Shown: piece by piece, positions 1-10,935 of the stretch | Numbering within the stretch: the first letter of the stretch is position 1 | How the letters are laid out: each line of letters starts with the position of its first letter | NCBI RefSeq assembly: GCF_020541245.1 | Contig: NZ_CP045876.1 | Span: 300,001 to 332,000, forward strand | Length of the DNA stretch: 32,000 nucleotides | Direction: 5' to 3' | DNA from: Candidatus Annandia pinicola | GTDB lineage: Bacteria > Pseudomonadota > Gammaproteobacteria > Enterobacterales > Enterobacteriaceae_A | Notes under the pieces: model-generated | Told to the model about the DNA's origin: nothing | The model's input: only the letters and a program-made list of their open reading frames with translations | The model's database searches: none | Translations under genes and position numbers: made by a program

Positions 1-317
<317 letters not shown>

Positions 318-351
318 AAATATTTTAATAATTTTATGAGATTATTTAAAA

Positions 352-777
352 ATGAAATTATATTTATTAAATGTAGTAAGTGCAAAAAAAAAAATTTTTA
401 AAGATCATATTTATAAAATGACGATAAATGGTATTGAAGGTGAGTTAGGAATATTTTATGGTCATATGGCTCTTTTAACAACTATTAAACCTGGTAAAAT
501 TTCAATATTTAAAAATAAATCAAAAAAAAATGAATACATTTATGTTTCTGGAGGTATTTTAGAAATACAACCTAAAATTGTAACTGTTCTTGCAGATGAA
601 GCTATTAGAGGAAATGATATAGATGAAAAATTAGTATTAGAATCTAAAAAAAGAGCTGAAAAAAATATTAGTAAATTTCCAATTGGAGATATAAATTATA
701 TTAAAAATATAGTTAAATTATCTAAAGAAATGGCTAAATTAAATATAATAAAACTAATAAAAAATAAAAGTTTATAA
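352..777 (+). CDS. atpC: ATP synthase F1 epsilon subunit
   Basis: The 141-aa ORF has the same size as E. coli AtpC and lies immediately after atpD. Its N-terminal beta-sandwich pattern (LNVVSA...IF...V..M...G.EGELGI..GH.PLLT.IKPG) fits AtpC. Confidence 0.9.
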   Translation: MKLYLLNVVSAKKKIFKDHIYKMTINGIEGELGIFYGHMALLTTIKPGKISIFKNKSKKNEYIYVSGGILEIQPKIVTVLADEAIRGNDIDEKLVLESKKRAEKNISKFPIGDINYIKNIVKLSKEMAKLNIIKLIKNKSL

Positions 778-784
778 TATTTTA

Positions 785-2173
785 TTATTTACCAATACAA
801 AATTTAGAAAATATATTTTTTAAAAGATCTTTTGTTGTAAAATTTCCTGTTATTTTACTAATTTCTTTTTGTGCTAAATTTAACTTATTAGCAATAATAT
901 CAATATAATTTCCTGTATCTAATAAATATTTACTTTGTTTTATATATTCTAATGTTTTTTTTAATATTTTAATATGACGTTTATTATTTATAAATATTGT
1001 AGATAAATCTTTATTAAAATATGAAATTTTTGTTAAATGATTAAATAATATATTTTTTCCTAAACCAGTTAAAGCAGACATTTTAATAATATTATATCCT
1101 TTTTTATTTTTTATAATGTCTGCTTTTTTTTTTTTAATATCTATTTTATTTTCTATTATAGTTATTTTATTTTTATCAATTTTATTATATACATTAAAAA
1201 ATAATTCTTTTATTTTGTAATTTTTTGAAATATTACTATCAATAACTAATAATAAATGATCTGCATTATTTATTTCTTTTTTAGTTTTTTCTATACCTAT
1301 TTTTTCTATAATATCATAAGATTTTCTTAAGCCAGCAGTATCTATTATTTGTATTGGTATTCCATTAATATATATATTTTTTCTTATTATATCTCTTGTT
1401 GTTCCTGGAATATTAGTTACAATAGATATATTTTTTTTTGTAATTAAATTAAATATAGTAGATTTTCCAGAATTTGGTTTTCCTAAAATAACTATTTTAA
1501 TACCATGTTGTTTTAATTTACCTAATTTTGATTCATAACATATATTTTTTATAATTTTGATAATTTTATTTAATTTATTTGAAATTTTAAATATTGGAAT
1601 AACTTCAGTCTCATATTCTGAAAAATTTATAATAGTTTCTATATATATTCTTGTTTTTATTATTTCTTTAATAATATTATTAATACATAATGATAAGTTA
1701 CCATTTAAAGAATTTATAGAAGATTTTACTGCAAATTTTGAATTAGAATTTATTAAATCCATTATAGATTCAGCTTGTATTAAATCTATTTTATTATTTA
1801 AAAAAGCTCTATATGAAAATTCTCCAGGTTTAGCAAAACGAATATTAAATTTATTAATAATATAATTCATCAATGATATTAAAGAAATTGGGTTTCCATG
1901 ACAATGTAATTCTAATATATCTTCGCCAGTAAAAGAATAAGGTTTTTTAAAAAAAATAGCTATACCTTTATCTAAAATATTATTTTTATGATCTCTAAAA
2001 ATTAAATAATTTGCTATACGGGGTTTTATTATTTTATTTAAAATTTTATTTGAAATATATTCAGTTTTTTTACCAGATATTCTAATAATACCAACACCAC
2101 TATTACCATATGGTGTAACTTGTGCTATAATAGTATCTAAATTATTAAAATTTTTATTTATTATATTTTTCAT
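785..2173 (-). CDS. mnmE: tRNA modification GTPase MnmE (TrmE/ThdF)
   Basis: The 462-aa ORF carries an N-terminal DTIIAQVTPxGxxGVGIIRISG motif, a G-domain P-loop GKPNSGKSTIFN, a DTAG motif and the C-terminal CIGK motif typical of MnmE. It sits in the conserved position next to yidC. Confidence 0.93.
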   Translation of the reverse strand: MKNIINKNFNNLDTIIAQVTPYGNSGVGIIRISGKKTEYISNKILNKIIKPRIANYLIFRDHKNNILDKGIAIFFKKPYSFTGEDILELHCHGNPISLISLMNYIINKFNIRFAKPGEFSYRAFLNNKIDLIQAESIMDLINSNSKFAVKSSINSLNGNLSLCINNIIKEIIKTRIYIETIINFSEYETEVIPIFKISNKLNKIIKIIKNICYESKLGKLKQHGIKIVILGKPNSGKSTIFNLITKKNISIVTNIPGTTRDIIRKNIYINGIPIQIIDTAGLRKSYDIIEKIGIEKTKKEINNADHLLLVIDSNISKNYKIKELFFNVYNKIDKNKITIIENKIDIKKKKADIIKNKKGYNIIKMSALTGLGKNILFNHLTKISYFNKDLSTIFINNKRHIKILKKTLEYIKQSKYLLDTGNYIDIIANKLNLAQKEISKITGNFTTKDLLKNIFSKFCIGK

Positions 2174-2174
2174 T

Positions 2175-3758
2175 TTATATTATATTTTTTTTTCTTTTTT
2201 CTACTATATTATTATATATAAAGTTTTGTTGTAATATTGTAAATATATTACTTACTATATAATATATAACTAATCCTGATGGTAACCATAAGAAAAATAT
2301 TGTAAATATTATAGGTATAATATTTAATATTTTTTTTTGTTTATAATCATAAATATAAGATGATGACATTTTTTGAATTATTGATATAGTAATACCCATT
2401 AATATAGGTAATACATAATAAGGGTCTTGAGAAGATAAATCTTTAATCCAAAATATAAAAGGAGCATTATTTAATTCAGCAGAATTTGTTATCATGTAAT
2501 ATAAAGATAAAAAAACTGGTGTTTGAATTATTAATGGTAAAAAACTACTAAGTGGATTTATTTTTTCTCTTCTATATAAATTAATAATTTTATCTCTTAA
2601 TAAATTTTTATCATAAGAAAAATTTTTATATATTAAATTAATTTCAGGTTGTAAAAAACCCATTTTTATCATATAAATATACTGAATTTTTGTAACAGGA
2701 TACATAATATAACGTAATAATAATGTAATTATAATAATTGATAAACCCCAATTATTAACAATAAAATTAATAAAATTTAATAATATAAACAATGGTTTTG
2801 AAATAAACCAAAATAACCCATAATTTATTGTTAAATATAAATATGGATATTCATTTATATAATTTTTAATTTTAGGACTTAATAACAAAGTTGTTTCAAA
2901 TGTTTTATAATTGTTTTTATATATTAAACATGGTTTTGTATAATATCCTAAATTAATAATTTTATTTTTTATACTATTTATATAAATTAAATTATTATAA
3001 TTATGAGGTATTATTACAGTTAAAAAATATTTTTGTAATATAGCAATCCATCCATTTTCTGTAATTTCTTTTATTTTTATATTATTTTTTATTTCTTTAA
3101 AATCATATTCTTTATATTTTTCTTTTGATGTACTAAAAGCTACTATTAAATTTTTTTTATAATAATTATTATCTTTTTTTAAATTATTTTCTATGTTTAT
3201 ATTTTGTTTTAAATTATTAAATAATGATATTTTTACTGGTTTTTTTGAAAAATTTAAAATATTATATTTTAAATCTATTTTATATTTATTAAAATAAAAT
3301 ATAAAGCTTTTTTTTAAAATTAAATTATTTATATTTTTACTATATATACTTATTATTATTTTATTTTGTTTTTCTTTAAGTTTAATAAATTTAGGTAAAT
3401 AATATTTATTATAATAATTTATATCTTTAAATATTTTATTATTTTTAATTAATCCATCATTAAAATTACATATAAAATCAGATTTATTTTTTATTAAAGT
3501 TAATAATTTAGATGTTTTTTTATCTTTATATTTTAATAATTTTATATTTTCAATAAAACCTTTATTAATATTTATTTTAGCAGATATTACATTTGTTTGA
3601 ATTTTTATTTTATTTTTTTTTAATATATTATTATAATTTTCTAATATAAGTATTCCATTATGATTTTTATAAAAATTAGAATAAAAAGAAATACTTGATA
3701 TAAAAAAATATATAAAAATGAAAATAAAAAAAAATATAAATTTATGTTTTTTTAACAT
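2175..3758 (-). CDS. yidC: Membrane protein insertase YidC
   Basis: The 527-aa ORF has an N-terminal TM segment, a large periplasmic-like region and the conserved C-terminal multi-TM core (GLSIIIITLLLR...P....Q...M......P....I...Y..D......E...LY....INP). It occupies the canonical rnpA-yidC-mnmE position. Confidence 0.9.
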   Translation of the reverse strand: MLKKHKFIFFFIFIFIYFFISSISFYSNFYKNHNGILILENYNNILKKNKIKIQTNVISAKININKGFIENIKLLKYKDKKTSKLLTLIKNKSDFICNFNDGLIKNNKIFKDINYYNKYYLPKFIKLKEKQNKIIISIYSKNINNLILKKSFIFYFNKYKIDLKYNILNFSKKPVKISLFNNLKQNINIENNLKKDNNYYKKNLIVAFSTSKEKYKEYDFKEIKNNIKIKEITENGWIAILQKYFLTVIIPHNYNNLIYINSIKNKIINLGYYTKPCLIYKNNYKTFETTLLLSPKIKNYINEYPYLYLTINYGLFWFISKPLFILLNFINFIVNNWGLSIIIITLLLRYIMYPVTKIQYIYMIKMGFLQPEINLIYKNFSYDKNLLRDKIINLYRREKINPLSSFLPLIIQTPVFLSLYYMITNSAELNNAPFIFWIKDLSSQDPYYVLPILMGITISIIQKMSSSYIYDYKQKKILNIIPIIFTIFFLWLPSGLVIYYIVSNIFTILQQNFIYNNIVEKRKKNII

Positions 3759-3843
3759 AATTTTTCTCTTTTTGTTATTATATTAATATTATTTTTAAAA
3801 TTATTTACATATTTAATATATTAATTTAAAAAAAATAAAATAT

Positions 3844-4200
3844 TTAATTTATTTTATTTTTTTTTTTTTTATTTTTTTTCCATAATTTATTTAAATTATT
3901 AAATATAATATTATTAGAAAACTTAGTTATACATTTTCTTATTATAACAATATAATCTTTTTTTTTACAAATATTTTGATTTAATCTAAAACTTTCTTTT
4001 ACATACCTTTTTATTTTATTTCTATCATGAGAATATTTAACATTTTTTTTTGAAATTATAATACCTAACCTAGAATAATTAAATTTATTATTTTTTGTAT
4101 ATAATAATATACATGATGAATAAAAAAAATATATTTTTTTAAAATTATTTTTAAAATCTTTAAATTTATTTATTTTTTGTTTTTTTTTGAATTTATACAT
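3844..4200 (-). CDS. rnpA: RNase P protein component
   Basis: The 118-aa basic ORF resembles the RnpA core (SRLGIIISKKNVKYSHDRNKIKRYVKESFR, the RNR-like motif). It lies directly downstream of rpmH, as in most bacteria. Confidence 0.85.
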   Translation of the reverse strand: MYKFKKKQKINKFKDFKNNFKKIYFFYSSCILLYTKNNKFNYSRLGIIISKKNVKYSHDRNKIKRYVKESFRLNQNICKKKDYIVIIRKCITKFSNNIIFNNLNKLWKKNKKKKNKIN

Positions 4201-4207
4201 AAATATT

Positions 4208-4351
4208 TTACCTAGAAGAAACTGTTAAATGAATTCTACCTTTATTTCTACGTCTTGATATTATAGCTCTACCTTTTTTAGTTGACATTCTAGAACGAAA
4301 TCCATGTAAACGTATTTTTTTAATTATTGAAGGTTGAAATGTACGTTTCAT
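4208..4351 (-). CDS. rpmH: 50S ribosomal protein L34 (absent from the supplied ORF track; found by hand translation)
   Basis: The minus-strand translation from ATG (4351-4349) is [47 protein letters not shown], with stop TAA at 4210-4208. This is the near-universal L34 sequence (MKRTFQPS...GFR.RM.T..GR.....RR.KGR..L), and rnpA follows it. Confidence 0.93.
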   Translation of the reverse strand: MKRTFQPSIIKKIRLHGFRSRMSTKKGRAIISRRRNKGRIHLTVSSR

Positions 4352-4475
4352 AATTTAATTTTTCCTTTTATGTTAATTTATAAATAAAATGTTAAAATAA
4401 TTATAAATAATTTATTTAAAAATTAAAATTTATAAATACATAATTTTAATTTTTTTTAATAATGTATATTAAAAT

Positions 4476-5576
4476 ATGAAATTTGTTATAATGCGTGAAA
4501 ATTTATTAGAACCATTACAAAAAATTACTAATATATGTATAAATAAATCTAATTTGCCTATATTAAATAACATTTTAATAAAATTAAAAAAAAATATATT
4601 ATTTTTAATTTCTCATAATTTAGAAATTGAAATTTCAACAAAAATAAAATTATGTAAAATAATTAAGGAAGGGGAAATAAGTGTATCTGCTAAAAAATTT
4701 TTAGAGATTTGTCGAAATTTTTCTTATAATGATATAATGGAAATTAGTTTAACAAATAATAGAATGACAATAAAAAATAATTATATTAGTTTTGTTTTAT
4801 CTGTATTACCTTCAAATTTATTTCCTAATTTTGTTAATAATAAATTTTTATTAAAATTTAATTTATTAAATTTTACTTTAATAAAATTAATTGAGTCAAC
4901 TCAATTTTCTATGGGTATAAAAGATGCTAGATATTATATTAATGGGATGTTAATTAAGTCTAAAAAAAATATTATGCATACAGTAACTACAGATGGATAT
5001 AGAATATCTTTATGTAATTATAAAAATTTAAATAAAATACCAGATTTTTCTATAATTATTCCTAGAAAAAGCATAATAGAATTAATAAAATTATTAAAAA
5101 AAAAAAAAAATAGTATTATTAATATTAAAATTAATATTAATAGTATATCATTTAAATTTAAAAAAACATTATTTACTACAAAATTAATAAATGGTAGTTT
5201 TCCTTCATATAATACTATATTTAATAAAAAATATAATTATTTTATTGAATTTAATAATAATATATTAAAAACAGCTATTAAAAGGGTTTCTATTATTTCT
5301 AATAAAAATAATATCATTTATATGAATATAAAAAAAAACTATGCTATTATTATATCTAAAAACGAAATAGAAGAAATAGCAAAGGAAAAAATTAAAATAA
5401 ATTATTTTGGTAATAATTTTAAAATAGCTTTTAATGCAAAATATATAATAGATATATTAAATTTTTTTAAATGTGGTTTTGTTAATTTTTTATTAAATGA
5501 TGATATTTCTAGTATTAAAATAGAAAATAAAGATAATCCTTATAATTCTTATATTGTAATGCCAATTAAATTATAA
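4476..5576 (+). CDS. dnaN: DNA polymerase III beta sliding clamp
   Basis: The 366-aa ORF is identical in length to E. coli DnaN. The N-terminus (MKFxIxRExLLxPLQ) and the C-terminus (YIVMPIKL, cf. YVVMPMRL) are typical. It lies upstream of gyrB. Confidence 0.92.
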   Translation: MKFVIMRENLLEPLQKITNICINKSNLPILNNILIKLKKNILFLISHNLEIEISTKIKLCKIIKEGEISVSAKKFLEICRNFSYNDIMEISLTNNRMTIKNNYISFVLSVLPSNLFPNFVNNKFLLKFNLLNFTLIKLIESTQFSMGIKDARYYINGMLIKSKKNIMHTVTTDGYRISLCNYKNLNKIPDFSIIIPRKSIIELIKLLKKKKNSIINIKININSISFKFKKTLFTTKLINGSFPSYNTIFNKKYNYFIEFNNNILKTAIKRVSIISNKNNIIYMNIKKNYAIIISKNEIEEIAKEKIKINYFGNNFKIAFNAKYIIDILNFFKCGFVNFLLNDDISSIKIENKDNPYNSYIVMPIKL

Positions 5577-5581
5577 ATTAA

Positions 5582-8086
<2,505 letters not shown>

Positions 8087-8091
8087 TTTTA

Positions 8092-8164
8092 TGCCCGAAG
8101 GTGGAATTGAACCACCGACACGGGGATTTTCAGTCCCCTGCTCTACCGACTGAGCTATTCGGGC
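8092..8164 (-). tRNA. tRNA-Phe (anticodon GAA), 73 nt, with no genomically encoded CCA
   Basis: The reverse complement folds as a cloverleaf. Acceptor is GCCCGAA/TTCGGGC, D-stem GCTC/GAGC, anticodon stem GGGGA/TCCCC with loop CTGAAAA, T-stem GGTGG/CCACC with loop TTCAATT, and discriminator A. It is near-identical to E. coli tRNA-Phe as I recall it. The bases after the discriminator are TAA, not CCA. Confidence 0.94.
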
Positions 8165-8275
8165 AAATTTATATAACTATATATATATTAAATATTAAAT
8201 TTAATTAAAGGTCAAGATTTTTTTTTATTTTCATAAATTTTATAGTAAAAACTAACTAATAAATAGAATTTAAAT

Positions 8276-8304
8276 TTGACTATATTTTTTTCATAATATA
8301 TATT
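8276..8304 (+). promoter_or_regulatory. Candidate sigma70-type promoter upstream of groES (TTGACT-17 nt-TATATT)
   Basis: TTGACT lies at 8276-8281, followed by a 17-nt spacer and TATATT at 8299-8304, about 46 nt upstream of the groES ATG. -10-like hexamers are common by chance in this composition. Only the G/C-containing -35 is informative. Confidence 0.3.
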
Positions 8305-8350
8305 AATAGCTAAAAAATTAAGAAACAACAATTAAAAAAAAGGAATAAAA

Positions 8351-8641
8351 ATGAAAATTCGTCCATTACATGATAAAATTATATTAAAAAAACAAAAAGT
8401 TGAATCTTCTTCATCAGGGGGTATTTTATTAACTGGATCTGCAGCTGGTAAATCTAATAGAGGTAAAGTTATAGCTGTAGGTAAAGGAAGAATATTAGAA
8501 AATGGTAAAATAAGACCTTTAGATATAAAAGTTAACGATATTGTTATATTTAATGAAGGATATAATTCTAAAATAGAAAAAATTGATAATGAAGAAATTT
8601 TAATTATTTCTGAAAATGATGTATTAGCAATTATAGAATAA
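8351..8641 (+). CDS. groES: Co-chaperonin GroES
   Basis: The 96-aa ORF reads [14 protein letters not shown]...[25 protein letters not shown], which includes the mobile loop. An AAGGA Shine-Dalgarno precedes the ATG, and groEL follows directly. Confidence 0.97.
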   Translation: MKIRPLHDKIILKKQKVESSSSGGILLTGSAAGKSNRGKVIAVGKGRILENGKIRPLDIKVNDIVIFNEGYNSKIEKIDNEEILIISENDVLAIIE

Positions 8642-8655
8642 AATTAAATTTATAA

Positions 8656-10341
<1,686 letters not shown>

Positions 10342-10384
10342 TTTTTTAAAAAAAATAAATATTAATTTTTTTTTTTTAAAATTA

Positions 10385-10410
10385 CCCTTTTTATCATGAG
10401 GTAAAAAGGG
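10385..10410 (+). terminator. Stem-loop downstream of groEL (9-bp stem CCCTTTTTA/TAAAAAGGG, 8-nt loop); possible groESL 3' end or stabiliser
   Basis: The left arm is 10385-10393, the loop is 10394-10401 (TCATGAGG) and the right arm is 10402-10410. This is the only G/C-anchored stem in an otherwise nearly pure A/T region, 44 nt after the groEL stop. No canonical U-tract follows it, so the terminator call is tentative. Confidence 0.35.
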
Positions 10411-10456
10411 AATTGATAATAATAAAATTTTAAAGATTATAAAAATTTTATAGGAA

Positions 10457-10932
10457 ATGTCAATTAAAAACTTAAAATAGAAAAAAATAATAATTAAAAA
10501 TTAACCTTATAATATTGAAAATATTAAGTTTGTAACCTTCCTGTTAAAGGAAATCATTTATTAGTATAAAGTTACTTAATTTATTAAATAAAAAAATAAT
10601 AAAAAAAATAATTTTGAACATATTAAAATTTTAAAAAAAAATTATAAAAAATAAAAGTTTTGGATAAAATTAAAAATAGAGTGTAATATTGTTATGTGTA
10701 ATAATTTTCCTATAGATATAAATATTTCTAATTTTATAAATTTATTAGTTATTAAAACTATAAGATAAAAAAATATTCTATATCAAATAATATTAAATAT
10801 GTATTTTTAGGTAACAATTTAAATATTAAAGTTCATTTATTTATAAAAAAAAATGATATAATTAAAGTAAACGCTCGTTCAATAAAATATGTTTTTTTTA
10901 TTAAAAATAAAAAAATTATAAATATTATATAA
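10457..10932 (+). pseudogene. efp: Decayed elongation factor P gene (efp pseudogene)
   Basis: Hand translation across three frames is colinear with E. coli EF-P as recalled. PYNIENIKFV matches EPYAVEASEFV, and LPVKGNHLLV matches KPGKGQAFAR. NNFEHIKILKKNYKK*KFWIKLKIECNIVMCNNFPIDINISNFINLLVIKT matches [100 protein letters not shown] matches [47 protein letters not shown]. The reading frame is disrupted by in-frame stops (10478, 10502, 10567, 10652), at least two frameshifts (about 10535 and about 10760) and an internal deletion of roughly 90 nt. The position after groEL matches enterobacterial synteny. Confidence 0.65.
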
Positions 10933-10935
10933 TTT

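Noticed and set aside
1557-1865. 102-aa plus-strand ORF inside mnmE
   Set aside because: It is an antisense shadow ORF lying wholly within a well-supported gene. It is low-complexity Ile/Leu/Phe sequence with no motif and no RBS.
4418-4454. 13-bp A/T-only hairpin in the rpmH-dnaN spacer (AAAAATTAAAATT / AATTTTAATTTTT), considered as a possible origin or regulatory element
   Set aside because: In an essentially two-letter sequence, a 13-bp inverted repeat somewhere in a 124-nt spacer is roughly as likely as not by chance. A similar 13-bp hairpin occurs in the DedA/rsmA spacer (19563-19594).
8167-8350. Search for a sigma32 heat-shock promoter (CTTGAAA-N13-17-CCCCATNT) upstream of groES
   Set aside because: No convincing match was found. 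The only TTGA-containing element pairs with a CAT-containing -10 at a spacing of about 8 nt, which is far too short. I kept only a low-confidence sigma70-like call.
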